IMG/VR virus record: IMGVR_UViG_3300031952_004642
Length of the DNA stretch: 64,000 bases
Origin: a virus
Taxonomy: Duplodnaviria > Heunggongvirae > Uroviricota > Caudoviricetes
Reading direction: 5' to 3' (one strand)
A model generated the notes under the pieces. The model was not told where the DNA came from. It saw only the letters and a program-made list of their open reading frames with translations, and searched no databases. Below are positions 8,411 to 18,896 of the stretch, in pieces. A program made the translations under genes and the position numbers. The first letter of the stretch is position 1. Each line of letters begins with the position of its first letter.

Positions 8411-8901
8411 CAGACATTGGAAACACCCACGATTTCTTTACAGACCCTGAAGAACCTTTCTGGTTTCATCGACTGATAGAGCGCACCGAACCTTATCCTC
8501 GGTTTTCCAGATGAGTCAATCGAATTGTTCAGATGGTTCAGAGCTTTCTGAGCTTCGATGAACCTGACACAGAGTATTTCCCTATCAAGCATAAGGACAA
8601 GAGCATAGTAGCCGTGCTCTACATCCATGAGAGCAGAATGTCGGTCACCATATACAGTCCAACCATGATTGACACGACGTACTTCTTTGAATCCAGTCCT
8701 GATAACACAAAGTTGAGTGGCTTTCACCTCAACTTTCACGCATCCCATGAAAAGCATATCATAACACCACTTTTTGCTGCGTGCAACCAAACCATGGGAG
8801 CTCAACATGTTCTCTACATATGTCTCGGCATCGTAGCCGAATTTCGTACGATGCTTCTGTTTGTATCTTTTGAATTTTGCAGCCATAGTAGGCTCTTTCA
8901 C
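8410..8901 (-). CDS. Hjc-like PD-(D/E)xK nuclease (Holliday-junction-resolvase-like)
   Basis: Motif GYDAETYVENMLSSHGLVARSKKW..YDMLFMGCVKVEVKAT matches the archaeal Hjc pattern (G..E..v...L...G..v.R....D....g...iEVK). Confidence 0.5.
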   Translation of the reverse strand: MKEPTMAAKFKRYKQKHRTKFGYDAETYVENMLSSHGLVARSKKWCYDMLFMGCVKVEVKATQLCVIRTGFKEVRRVNHGWTVYGDRHSALMDVEHGYYALVLMLDREILCVRFIEAQKALNHLNNSIDSSGKPRIRFGALYQSMKPERFFRVCKEIVGVSNV

Positions 8902-8909
8902 TCACCTTT

Positions 8910-9194
8910 TCATTCTTCTGATGGCAGCCAACCATTGAAATACCTTAGCAGCCCTCGTTTATTATATTTCTTTTCATCACGAAAACCCCAGATACTGTTG
9001 AGGAAAGTCATGACAAAACAGAATAAGAAGATAAGGAAGAAGGCAGCGGAGAAAATACCAAGGAATAGAAATAAGAATGTGATGGCCAAACATGTCTGGA
9101 TGTATTTTGGGGGAAGATGAAAGCATTCTTTGCGAATGCCTGAACGTCGGCTATATTCGACATCCCGCTTAAAGGCATCGAAGCTATCACCCAT
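8910..9194 (-). CDS. Small membrane protein (94 aa)
   Basis: Hydrophobic helix FLFLFLGIFSAAFFLIFLF. Confidence 0.4.
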   Translation of the reverse strand: MGDSFDAFKRDVEYSRRSGIRKECFHLPPKYIQTCLAITFLFLFLGIFSAAFFLIFLFCFVMTFLNSIWGFRDEKKYNKRGLLRYFNGWLPSEE

Positions 9195-9510
9195 GGAATC
9201 GCCTTCTTAACCAAAATCTTAACAGAGCAATCGCTGAACGGATTAACAGGTATGCTCCTGCGAATGATAGGACAAAACCGACGGTAAAGTAAATAAAGCA
9301 ATAAGGATATTGAGGCGGAACCTGCATGGAGCATCCGACACAAGTCTCATTGCAATCGTGGCAATAATTTAAAGTCCAGAATAACAACAATAGACCTATT
9401 ATCAGGTTGACGATTCCGACAACTATCGTCTGCCGCTCGAGGGACACATCAACGCCTTTCGGATTCATAGAATCACCTCGAGCATCTTCGAGACGAAGAA
9501 GTACACACAC
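9187..9510 (-). CDS. Small membrane protein with Cys cluster (107 aa)
   Basis: Two TM helices. CHDCNETCVGC motif. Confidence 0.4.
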   Translation of the reverse strand: MCVLLRLEDARGDSMNPKGVDVSLERQTIVVGIVNLIIGLLLLFWTLNYCHDCNETCVGCSMQVPPQYPYCFIYFTVGFVLSFAGAYLLIRSAIALLRFWLRRRFHG

Positions 9511-9725
9511 ACACCGATTGCGAAGCCAGTGAGCATACCAGCGATGAAGACGGTTCTATTGCCCTGCACTGGCCGCACTGCTGGCTGTGGGTAGGCTGAG
9601 CTCACATCTGACACAACGTCTTCGAGCTTCTTCTCCAGCATCTTCCTTTTCTTCGCAATCTCCCAGTTTTTAATCCTTGGCATGTCACTCCATCTCAGAT
9701 TGAAGTTTCGCACCAGAGGCCGCAA
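9465..9725 (-). CDS. Small membrane-anchored protein (86 aa)
   Basis: C-terminal TM helix. Confidence 0.4.
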   Translation of the reverse strand: MRPLVRNFNLRWSDMPRIKNWEIAKKRKMLEKKLEDVVSDVSSAYPQPAVRPVQGNRTVFIAGMLTGFAIGVCVYFFVSKMLEVIL

Positions 9726-10035
9726 TCAGGCGGGTTATCTTGGTGAATATGTTGCTTTTTGCCTTCTCCTGCTTTCCGAGGCGGTTGTAGTCGTATATCG
9801 CTTCCTGAATCTTCTCGACTGTCTCTTTGTCCCTTGAAACGGATTCATTCCGCTGGAGCTTTGCGTCTTTCCTCGACTGTATGGCAGCAGCCTTCTCCAA
9901 CTTCACTTTCTCACGAAGCTCCTTTCGCTGAGACTCGAGCTCTGCGAGCTGCTCGGCGGTTGACTTCTCAGCAGCCTTCTCCGATTGGGACATCTGATAT
10001 GTCTCCGAGACTTCTTTTTTCTTTTGACTTCCCAT
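9685..10035 (-). CDS. K/E-rich coiled-coil protein (116 aa)
   Basis: Charged heptad-like repeats. Confidence 0.45.
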   Translation of the reverse strand: MGSQKKKEVSETYQMSQSEKAAEKSTAEQLAELESQRKELREKVKLEKAAAIQSRKDAKLQRNESVSRDKETVEKIQEAIYDYNRLGKQEKAKSNIFTKITRLIAASGAKLQSEME

Positions 10036-10065
10036 GATTACACCTTCCCTTAATTTTAAAGTGAC

Positions 10066-10410
10066 TCACTGGTTACCCCGCTGGAGTATACTCCCTGACC
10101 CCTGCTTGGAACTATCACACTTGACCACGTTCTTGGCCTTCATTTTCTGACGGCGCTTGTGCTGATATGCCGTCATCTCCTTCCTATACTTCGCAGGGTT
10201 TCTCTTCCTCAGCTCGGTCGAGATTTTCTGGTTGTAGCATGACTTGCACAGATGCTTGGCATAATGAGGTTTGGTACGACCGCAGCATGCGCACGCAACC
10301 CTGACCGAGTTCACGCCTAGCTTGTGGTAGCAGTTCGAGCAAAGGCCTCGACCGTGAATCGTACGGGTTTTCGAACACTCACGGCAAATTCTTATATACA
10401 TCATCAACAC
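10066..10410 (-). CDS. Double zinc-ribbon protein with basic tail
   Basis: CRECS..CSNCYHK, then CACCG..CKSCYN, then a K/R-rich C-terminus. Confidence 0.55.
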   Translation of the reverse strand: MLMMYIRICRECSKTRTIHGRGLCSNCYHKLGVNSVRVACACCGRTKPHYAKHLCKSCYNQKISTELRKRNPAKYRKEMTAYQHKRRQKMKAKNVVKCDSSKQGSGSILQRGNQ

Positions 10411-10411
10411 C

Positions 10412-10672
10412 TCAGATGAATTCCAAGTCTCCCAGAGTCTTCAGAATCTTTCTGCTGAGCTTGGTCTTGTTCTTGATTTCCATGAAGCAGACATGCCAGC
10501 TCAACGGCTCCATCATATTATTCAGATTCACCACGATGCAGGCATTGTTTCTTTCGAAGAGTGGAAGATTAGGATAGACACGATAGAACCTGCAACGAAG
10601 GTCATCGAGCTTCTCCTTCTCAGTCTTTGGATACACACCTGAAGATTTGCTTATAAGCTGTTTTACCGCCAT
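10412..10672 (-). CDS. Hypothetical protein (86 aa)
   Basis: Minus ORF adjacent to its upstream neighbour, consistent with operon packing. Confidence 0.4.
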   Translation of the reverse strand: MAVKQLISKSSGVYPKTEKEKLDDLRCRFYRVYPNLPLFERNNACIVVNLNNMMEPLSWHVCFMEIKNKTKLSRKILKTLGDLEFI

Positions 10673-10686
10673 ATCATACCTCCCAA

Positions 10687-11016
10687 TTAATCATCCTTTT
10701 TATCTCCCACACGACCAATGAACCATGAACAGACCCCAGTGATAACTGGATTCACCAGTTTGATGTTGAGCAGGGAGCCGATGAATCCGAGGAGCGCACC
10801 AAGATGCACGAGACTCATGTCAGCGCCGACTGATATCAGCGCAGAATGAACCCACGTCCCCAAGAAGGTGAATGACAAAAGCCAGCCGCAGAAGCCGCCG
10901 AGCCATACACCGCCTGCGAAGAACAGGAAGATTACAAACGCAAGGACGAAGGCGATTCCTACGAACATCGCTCCGATTAATATCAACGCAAACAGATGCT
11001 CTAAAAAGTTTCCCAT
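10687..11016 (-). CDS. Polytopic small membrane protein (109 aa)
   Basis: Three or four hydrophobic helices. Confidence 0.45.
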   Translation of the reverse strand: MGNFLEHLFALILIGAMFVGIAFVLAFVIFLFFAGGVWLGGFCGWLLSFTFLGTWVHSALISVGADMSLVHLGALLGFIGSLLNIKLVNPVITGVCSWFIGRVGDKKDD

Positions 11017-11017
11017 A

Positions 11018-11362
11018 TCAACCGACCTCGCATCCTTCTTCTTTTTTATCGAATTTCACGACAGACATGTTGTGAGTATTGCCAGTCTTCTCTTTCCATC
11101 GTATTATGGCATCAATCCAATCACTTGAAGTCGCATCTGTGGTCTTGCAGACCTCGTTGATTGATTCCCTGATGGAACGCTGAATCTCTTCATCAAACGG
11201 ACTGATGTTCCCGACAACGGCGATGATTGTCTTCTCATTTTCGGCGAAAGCCTGTATGAACGCAGTGAGCTTCGGGAAAAGGATAGCAGGGCAGTCAAGA
11301 TATACATACATGCGCTTGTCGATTTTTCTGTCTGATTTTTTGGAACACTTTTCAGGATTCAT
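11018..11362 (-). CDS. Hypothetical protein (114 aa)
   Basis: Minus ORF. Confidence 0.4.
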   Translation of the reverse strand: MNPEKCSKKSDRKIDKRMYVYLDCPAILFPKLTAFIQAFAENEKTIIAVVGNISPFDEEIQRSIRESINEVCKTTDATSSDWIDAIIRWKEKTGNTHNMSVVKFDKKEEGCEVG

Positions 11363-11568
11363 GACTGCGCTCCTCGCAAAATCCCATCATAGCACTGCCA
11401 CATAAAACAAGAATGGCATAACACTTTATCACCAGACCTGTTTGTTTTTGGCAACTTGTCGGATTTTGCACCACAATAACCACATATGAAAGTCACTTTC
11501 ATAAACACACCTCCACCCAATCCACCCGAGAGCAATTCGGACACCACATCAACCTTTTCGATGGTCAT
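11359..11568 (-). CDS. Zinc-ribbon small protein
   Basis: CGYCG...CHSC. Confidence 0.45.
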   Translation of the reverse strand: MTIEKVDVVSELLSGGLGGGVFMKVTFICGYCGAKSDKLPKTNRSGDKVLCHSCFMWQCYDGILRGAQS

Positions 11569-12076
11569 GGCATCATCTTCTCCGATGAATTAAGATTCTC
11601 CAATTTTCGGCTTTCAAAGACTGCGAAAATTCCGAACCACAGCCAAGATATCACGTTAGATATCAGATTCGAGCCGAGCTTGGTGACATCAGTCAGATTA
11701 GTCATCAGTATCATCGAGACATTGACAATGAATACCAAGAGGCAGACATAGCCCGTAGATTTCAATGCCTGTATGACAGTGATTTTCCAAAGCGATTTCA
11801 AGCTGTACTTCATTTGGCATCCCCATTATGCACTTTACGACTGCTTATGATACATAATTCTACAACAGAGATTAACGCAAACGTGATGGCAAACATGTCA
11901 CCGACTGTAAAAACTGCTTTGATGACACCATCCTGCACCAAGGTAACAAAGTACATAGGTACGAACAATGAGAGCCATATAAATATCTTACCCAGACATA
12001 TTTGTTGCTCAGTGTCCATTTTTACCGACCTCCACAACTGGTTTCTTAGGCGTGCCACACACAGAGCAGATAACAC
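11565..12076 (-). CDS. Two adjacent small membrane proteins (11565-11813 and 11810-12076)
   Basis: Hydrophobic ORFs with overlapping stop and start. Confidence 0.4.
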
Positions 12077-12209
12077 CCTTCAGGATTTTACCTGAACGAT
12101 GCTTGGTATGACGCTTCAGCTTGAACTGGTTGCTGCATGTCCTGCAAACGCCAAACGACTTCCCGCCACGTGGCGCAGATTTTTGCTCGACGGATTCTTT
12201 GCTGCTCAC
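12009..12209 (-). CDS. Zinc-ribbon basic small protein
   Basis: CRTCS...CSVCG. K/R-rich. Confidence 0.4.
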   Translation of the reverse strand: MSSKESVEQKSAPRGGKSFGVCRTCSNQFKLKRHTKHRSGKILKGVICSVCGTPKKPVVEVGKNGH

Positions 12210-12457
12210 TTTTTCAGCTTCTCCTTCATCGATGCAAGCTCCTTTTCCTTCTGAGATATATCACGCTCGAGCCGCCTCACACCAAGCTCTGATTGAAGCA
12301 TCCTTCGTGAAACATATCCCACGATGTCAACTCCATATTTCTTTATCAGGGCTTTCAGAGACTGCTCCACAGCAGTAGCTTCCTTGTTCTTTCCCCGTAT
12401 CGTCAGCTTGACCCTGTTATGCAACTTCATCCTCTTCATCTCCTTGTTTTTTATCAA
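12206..12457 (-). CDS. Hypothetical basic protein (83 aa)
   Basis: Minus ORF. Confidence 0.35.
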   Translation of the reverse strand: MIKNKEMKRMKLHNRVKLTIRGKNKEATAVEQSLKALIKKYGVDIVGYVSRRMLQSELGVRRLERDISQKEKELASMKEKLKK

Positions 12458-12555
12458 GGCTCTAGCGCTGCCCCAGTAGCATGGTTCAGGCGTATCCCAG
12501 AGCTATACTCTACACATATCTGGTGGCCCTAGCAGCTTCGCCGCCTTTGATTTTA

Positions 12556-13149
12556 TCATAATCCTTCGAGTATTTTACGAACTTCTGATGCTACCCCGAA
12601 GTTCGTGTAGCCTTTCCCTATGGATATCTTGTGATAATGATTCCCATACATGACTTTCTCATGCTTCCCGTAGACGCATGTTCGCACAGTATCGAGAGAC
12701 CTTCCGCAGGCGATTACCTTCCTGAACGTCTCAAGGGTGATTTTCGCAAGCTCGTGTGAAGGATTCGTCACCATGATAATCCAAGGGTCGCTGTTCCATG
12801 GAACTATCTCGTGCAATATCGAATCAACGATTTTCGAGTTCTGCTCAAAATGAGCCATCCTTTCTTCTCTGGTTCCCGTACTAAGGGGTTTTCCAACGCA
12901 GATTATGTAGGCATCCGAGCTTGAATTTATCTCACCAGAGAACGTGATTTCAGTGTCGATGTTCTCTATCCTGCACGAGTCACGCAAATCGAGACATTCA
13001 GCCTCGGCCTTCTTCTTGTCGATGTCAACGAGGCTTATCTTCCCGACACAATCTCGTATAGCATAAGCTATCGTCGAGCCAGTGTTCCCCGCACCGATTA
13101 TTGTCACACGCATCGGTTTCCCTCCGCAACGACAGCGGGATAGCGCCAC
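12556..13149 (-). CDS. Lactate/malate-dehydrogenase-like NAD-binding protein, truncated or divergent C-terminus
   Basis: RVTIIGAGNTGSTIAYAI is a Rossmann GxGxxG. ..VDIDKKKAEAECLDLRD.. then ..IIMVTNPSHELAKI.. matches the LDH/MDH VTNPVD motif. Only 197 aa against about 310 for LDH/MDH. Confidence 0.5.
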   Translation of the reverse strand: MALSRCRCGGKPMRVTIIGAGNTGSTIAYAIRDCVGKISLVDIDKKKAEAECLDLRDSCRIENIDTEITFSGEINSSSDAYIICVGKPLSTGTREERMAHFEQNSKIVDSILHEIVPWNSDPWIIMVTNPSHELAKITLETFRKVIACGRSLDTVRTCVYGKHEKVMYGNHYHKISIGKGYTNFGVASEVRKILEGL

Positions 13150-14080
13150 CCCAAAGTTTCTGGAGTTATTGGAGTACTGAATTTTATGATACTCAGTTCT
13201 TTCATAAGCTCTTCCAGCGAATCGAATCCATCATCCATAGCATCATGCTCGGTCAAGTCCTTGACAAACTTCCCTTCAGGCTCAACAGCCTTTCCTATGA
13301 TTACTTTTCCCAGATGCTTGTAAGTCCCGCTTAATCGGCTTCCGCTTCCAGCACTATGAAGGCCTTCCATGACATGATGGAATCTTATCGTGGTCTTCTT
13401 GTTATGCGTGAAGAACCTGTTCCAGTTCCCCTTTGTGAAGAATATCATTCCATCATCTCCGAATGCGCCCTATGATAGTTCCCCAGTGCGAAACTTTTAA
13501 TTCAGTATCATCTCTCCTGAATTCCCTGAGCATATCCCTTGCGAACTCCTCAAGGGTGAGCCTGAATATATCCACATCCACGCCGTTCTTCTTTGCATCA
13601 TTGACTATCTCGTCCTTTACAAAGAGCTCGAATTTCATTTGCGTTCCTTCCTTGCACAAGTATCCCTGAAACATCTCTGGCATAGGGTCATTGGCGGCCT
13701 CACAACCCTTCCGCAAATCCTGCACAAACCTTCCTTGGGGTCGGTCATCTGGTTTTCCTCCCAGTCCCTGCGAACATTTCAACCTCTGGTATGTAGTAGA
13801 ATCCTTCGGCATCCCTGACATAGAATCTCCGCTTTCTTGGAATGATTATCTTGGTGAACCATTCCATTGCACTATTTTCATCATCAGACACTGGCACGAC
13901 TATGGTCTTCTGGTATCTCCCATGACCGCAGCACGAAGCGAGCGTCGGCGATTCCGAATGGTTCAAAACGGCCACTTCATGGGCGATGCAACTGTCAAGA
14001 CGCACTTCCTTCTCGTCAGGAAAGTCAGAGAACATAGTGAGTAATCGTGTGTCACCATTGCGCCTGCATTCGTGTTTCAT
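13104..14080 (-). CDS. Three hypothetical proteins (13104-13448, 13453-13821, 13745-14080)
   Basis: Consecutive minus ORFs, no recognised motifs. The third contains SCCGHGRY. Confidence 0.35.
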
Positions 14081-14087
14081 TTTCGAT

Positions 14088-15073
14088 TCAACTCCTCTCC
14101 ATTCTGGATTTCATATATTTGAAATATTCAGATAAGAGACCATTGGTTTCTATGAAATCCAGTCTCATCTGAGCAAGCATTGAGAGTGCATCGATTCCTC
14201 GTTTTATACTGTCGGCAATCGTCTTGTCGTTATGTTTTAGTTCAACCATGTCACTTATCCTGTCCAACTCACGCATCAAATCATATTTATCCTTCCTTAA
14301 ATCTTCAACTTCAGATTTAAGCGCATCATATTCCTGCTTGATTACCCAACCCTGATTTAATTTAAGTTTTCTGTTTTCCATGGATTCACCATTTCCACCT
14401 TTTTGTCGGGCCTCTTTCCGTCCCAGACTTATGCACCGCACCATGCTTTGAGCAAAACTCACCGATGGGAGCTGTGCACGAATTGTATTTTCTTTTGGAT
14501 GATGTCAAATGTTTAAGAAGACATCTTAAAAGTTTAATCGCTGGCTTCCTATCCATGAACCTGAATTTCCCGTCAGTGTAGACCTGCAAAGACCCATCCC
14601 TTATGACCTCGAGAGAGCAATTGAAACCAGTCGGATATTTGCTGTCTGTCTTGTCAAAAAGATTGATGCCTCTGATGAACCTCTTCTTGTCATATATATA
14701 TCTATGATGCATGTTGCTAGACCTCACGTTTTCCTATAAGACTCATCAGCTCGTCCCACATTTTCAGAGCAGAAAGTCGGGAAATATGAAGAGTCCATGG
14801 ATGATTCACGATTTCATTTTTCTTATTTCTTTCGAGCCGATGTAGTACGATGTAATCTTCCAATTCATAAGACCTGAACATCTCATTCGATGAATCTTTT
14901 ACACGTTCAACAAAAAAACCGCTCAAACACCAAAGCAGCATCTCTCTCTCATCATCAGAAATCTTTATTCGGACACAACCAAAATCAAAATCTTCGGCAG
15001 TGCTATTCCCCCATTTGTCCCTATATCCACGCCCTTGGATACCCATGAATTCTGTTGGTTCATACATACACAT
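14088..15073 (-). CDS. Three hypothetical proteins (14088-14462 coiled coil; 14386-14727; 14717-15073)
   Basis: Consecutive minus ORFs. Confidence 0.35.
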
Positions 15074-15242
15074 TCACATCCTTTTTCCAGCTTCATCAAA
15101 ATCGAAACAATAGAAAAATATCGAGATTGCCAAAAACAACAGGCCTGAAGCAGACAGTTTCCCTGCAATATACAGGTCTGGATACCAAATCGTAATAAGC
15201 AGCAGGACGAAACCAACGAAAGCATTAAAGAGAGAAACGACC

Positions 15243-16157
15243 TTATTTATCAGCATTCCGATTCACCCCCATCTTTTCAGGCTTTATGAAAGTTGACTTC
15301 CCATTTTTTGTCATAAAAGTCACTCGTCTTCTCTTATGACAATAACCAACTGATTCGAGAGTGGGCTTTGGCCCGATATCAAGCGCATCTGAATTGAACA
15401 ATGAAAGAAGTATCGCCTGCCTGTCGCTGTTGCACATAATCGCAAGGTTCTCGAGGTCTTGCTTTATCCTCGATTTCAGAATTTCTTTTGAGGGCTTTGG
15501 CTTCTCGACTATTTTACCGTTGCGATATTCACGAGTCGCACCGCAAGATTGGCATGTTGCCGCACCGAAAGATGACCACACATGAATATGTTTTTCCATA
15601 GAATCAGGGTTTGAGGGCTTTAGCAATCCTGATAAGCGTCCGTTCCTGCGGCTAACGTTAGGACTTTCACGGCTCTTCTTATCATTGAGTTCGCCGCCCC
15701 TTTCGAGTTCTTTCATTAGTTCCAGAATTTCACCATACTCTATATATTCTCCATCTACTTCGTAATGTTCTTTCACTCTCTGCTTTATTCTCTCTGGCAA
15801 CCTTTCCCATCGGGTTTTCCACATGGCATTCTCGGCTTTCAGTTCCTCATTCGAGACTTCGAGCTTTTTGTAGTATTCGAAATTATACTGAAAACTACTT
15901 GCCAGATTCGCTATCATCCCCGCCAATTCGGCATTATTCTCGCAAATTTCAATCAATTTGACCCTCGCTTCATCCCCATCAAGTCGGTCAACCCACCCGA
16001 AATCATCTTTCTTTTTCACATTGCTTCCTGCCACTAATGCATTATGATAGGCATTAGCCAAAACCTTCTCCTGCCCAATCGTATTCTTAAGCACGGCGTT
16101 CTCGGTATTGAGCTTCGTACAATTTGTGCATTTTAAAATAACTTTTTTATCGTTCAT
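15243..16157 (-). CDS. Hypothetical protein (304 aa), N-terminal CxxC plus coiled coil
   Basis: Long ORF. CTNCT at the N-terminus. Charged helical middle region. Confidence 0.5.
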   Translation of the reverse strand: MNDKKVILKCTNCTKLNTENAVLKNTIGQEKVLANAYHNALVAGSNVKKKDDFGWVDRLDGDEARVKLIEICENNAELAGMIANLASSFQYNFEYYKKLEVSNEELKAENAMWKTRWERLPERIKQRVKEHYEVDGEYIEYGEILELMKELERGGELNDKKSRESPNVSRRNGRLSGLLKPSNPDSMEKHIHVWSSFGAATCQSCGATREYRNGKIVEKPKPSKEILKSRIKQDLENLAIMCNSDRQAILLSLFNSDALDIGPKPTLESVGYCHKRRRVTFMTKNGKSTFIKPEKMGVNRNADK

Positions 16158-16294
16158 TTCACAGCCTCCGGCTTTGAATCTGACTTACTTTTTTCATGTA
16201 CATATTCCCCAAGTCAACATGTAACCAATGAAACCACCAATCACACCACCAACGAAAAACGATGAACACACAGCGACAAGCACCCAATCTATTT

Positions 16295-17248
16295 TCATTT
16301 CTCCACCTCAGATTTTGAGGGCTTTATTGGCCCCACTCCTTCTAAAAGCCAATGATGCTCTTTTTCATGCACGGTTTTACAGTGTGGACATTCGGGCTTT
16401 GGCTCTCCTTGCGGTAACTCTTCATCATCCTTTTCATTGTCAGCAACTCCGACCTTTTCAGGAGATTCGCCGCCCGAGTTGACGATTTCATCATAAGGTG
16501 TGTCGCATATAGTGCAGTTAACTTTCCAGTCTGGATGCTCCTTTTCAAAGTGCGCCTTTATGTGGTCATGGAAGATTTTATCTGAATGTTTTGATTCCAA
16601 GCCGCCCGTTGGAATCTTATAAACAATCCCTTTCTTCATTGGAACATTACAAGCTGGGCATATCATTTCTGAACCACCATTCTCGAGTTCATCCTTAATG
16701 AATCTTGTGAAAGCAAGAACCCTATGTCTTTGATATTCAGATGAATCCACATTCAAAACCTCTTCTGCTTTTCTCTTCAATTTCTGTATTAAATCCTCCA
16801 ATCGGGCTTCTGCTTTTTTCGCACAGCATTTGAGAGCGTAATATTCATCCTCGTCAAGGAGTTCTCCACCAACAGTTTTTTCAAGTTCTTCCATTTTTAT
16901 CTTCAACTCAAGAGCACTATGAATCTCTGGAATCGCTTCCTCCAGTTTCACCCATCTGGCTCCCCTTTCACGAGCCAGCTTTTCCCATCCAGACATAATC
17001 TCAAATAATTGTTCAAGCTGGACTTTGAGTTTATTCTCTCGCTCTCCTCCAAGCTGGATGAGCATCTTCAAATGAGTTATATCAGCCCTCAAATCGGCGT
17101 TCTCCTTCTCAGCTTCTATCGCCAAACTCTTCAAATAGAATTCTTTGTCAGCAGGTTTCAACATATATAACCAGCACCCTCGGCAATAATCATGGGCAGG
17201 CATAGAATTCCTTTTATTACATTCAATACAAATCTTGCTCGTGCTCAT
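16295..17248 (-). CDS. Zinc-finger / coiled-coil protein (317 aa)
   Basis: N-terminal CIECN..CRGC. C-terminal CPACN..CTICD. Confidence 0.5.
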   Translation of the reverse strand: MSTSKICIECNKRNSMPAHDYCRGCWLYMLKPADKEFYLKSLAIEAEKENADLRADITHLKMLIQLGGERENKLKVQLEQLFEIMSGWEKLARERGARWVKLEEAIPEIHSALELKIKMEELEKTVGGELLDEDEYYALKCCAKKAEARLEDLIQKLKRKAEEVLNVDSSEYQRHRVLAFTRFIKDELENGGSEMICPACNVPMKKGIVYKIPTGGLESKHSDKIFHDHIKAHFEKEHPDWKVNCTICDTPYDEIVNSGGESPEKVGVADNEKDDEELPQGEPKPECPHCKTVHEKEHHWLLEGVGPIKPSKSEVEK

Positions 17249-18089
17249 ATCAATCCCTCACGTGACGAGTGCCTGAACATCTTCTCCTTCTCCCTGCGCT
17301 TATCCCGAACACGGAGAGGCGGCAGAAACATCCCAGCCTCATTGAATCTTCTGCGGGCACGGGTGATGGTCTCGAAGGATGGGATTGGAAGCTGGTTCGA
17401 TTCACAGTAGAACATCACCTCACGGATGAGCCGCCTATCGCTGCCACGTGCTGGCTCACATTCTCCGAGAATCTTCTGGACGATGTTCTTGTAGGTGGAA
17501 TATCTCGGAAGGAATTTCCTGAACATCTGCTTCTCCTCATCTGTCTGAACATGGCCACGGACTTCGATAGGGCTCATATGCGCACCTTATCATCGACATA
17601 CGCATACAACGGCTTCACGCCGAGCTCGTCGACCGTTTTGATGATTTCCTCCAGAGAGCTTGAATGGGCAACGACATCATTCCCGAGGATGGCAACCCAC
17701 TGACCGAGATACTGGCTGAAATCAGCATTGATGAAAAATTCATATTCCTTGGAGACACGAGACGATTCCAATGATTTCTTCGTCCTCACTGACATCTCTA
17801 TGAAAATCGGGATGAGGTCGAATGGCTTCACATCAAACCGCTGGCATAACTGGAGCTCATAACCGATTGCACGGCTCTCGAGATTATGCTGGCGCTTTAT
17901 CAAAGAAAGAGATTCACTGCGCATGCTGACTATATCCTGAAGAATGCACCTAGATTCTTTGTTTTTCAAGAGACTGTCTACGAGCTTCTGGATTCTGCCA
18001 GATGACTGGCGGTTGCGACGGGACATGCCAATAGACCTGCCGCTTCCAGCAGGCCTGCTGTCTGGCCCATGGCCCGATATCTTAAGCAT
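17245..18089 (-). CDS. Two hypothetical proteins (17245-17577; 17574-18089 with DUF5678-like C-terminus)
   Basis: The C-terminus QWVAILGNDVVAHSSSLEEIIKTVDELG resembles the C-terminus of 35196-35441. Confidence 0.4.
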
Positions 18090-18339
18090 TCAAGTTCCTC
18101 CCCTTATGGATTTTCTGAAGGCATCTATCGCAGACCCATCTCCCATTCTTGTATTCAGTCGAGGCAATGGAACACAAATCACATGTTTCGATTTCATTGG
18201 AGCCGATGATGACACCGAAGACTCCGCCAAAGACCATCGCATACATCACATTCCATGGCCAGACATGTATGGTCATGAGCCAGAAGCTTAAAATCGCTGC
18301 TCCAGCGCATATCAGGAAAATAATTCCACTCATCCTCAT
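18082..18339 (-). CDS. Small membrane protein with C-terminal CxxC...CxxC
   Basis: TM helix then CDLCS..CDRC. Confidence 0.4.
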   Translation of the reverse strand: MRMSGIIFLICAGAAILSFWLMTIHVWPWNVMYAMVFGGVFGVIIGSNEIETCDLCSIASTEYKNGRWVCDRCLQKIHKGRNLNA

Positions 18340-18896
18340 GATGATACCTCGGCGGGTTTTACAGATGGTTTGGAAGGCTCAACAGAAGCTTCAAGGAAAG
18401 ACTCAATCTTCGCAGGCTTGACAGATTCTGATGGCTTGGCATGATACTTCCTGCGCTCACGGAACCACTGAACCTGATTGCGCTCGATAAATTTTCCAGC
18501 TAAGTTATTTTCACGGGAAACCCACTCAAAAGCGACATGGAGCTTATTTTCTTCTATGATGGAACGGGCCTCGTTGAACAACTCAACAAGATGGTCAAAA
18601 TTGATTTTCCATTGCAGGGTGAGCTGGTTGACGACGAGCTTGGAATCGGAACGGACAAGAAGGCGGGCTCCAGATTCGACGGATTTCAGCAGATTGATGA
18701 CGGCCATATATTCCATGACGTTGCATGACAGCAAGGAATGAGTATCTTCGATGAAACCATGAGTCGGCTTGTTGTCATCTATTATGAAACACCACATACC
18801 GAGACGATGCACTGGACTATATCCTCCGTCGCATTGGCAGATTATCTGCTTCTGCTCTGCTGGATTTGCCGCAGCTACTTCGATTCCTTCATACAT
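18336..18896 (-). CDS. RNase H (type 1)-like
   Basis: IICQCDGGYSP..G (DGG motif). MEYMAVINLL (Glu). LLVRSDSKLVV (Asp). VAFEWVSRENNLAGKF follows the RNase HI pattern. Confidence 0.6.
   Translation of the reverse strand: MYEGIEVAAANPAEQKQIICQCDGGYSPVHRLGMWCFIIDDNKPTHGFIEDTHSLLSCNVMEYMAVINLLKSVESGARLLVRSDSKLVVNQLTLQWKINFDHLVELFNEARSIIEENKLHVAFEWVSRENNLAGKFIERNQVQWFRERRKYHAKPSESVKPAKIESFLEASVEPSKPSVKPAEVSS

Noticed and set aside
8229-8426. 65-aa Zn-ribbon ORF on the minus strand overlapping the TnpB 3' end
   Set aside because: It lies within the expected omega-RNA / right-end region of the IS. Kept as a question rather than a feature.
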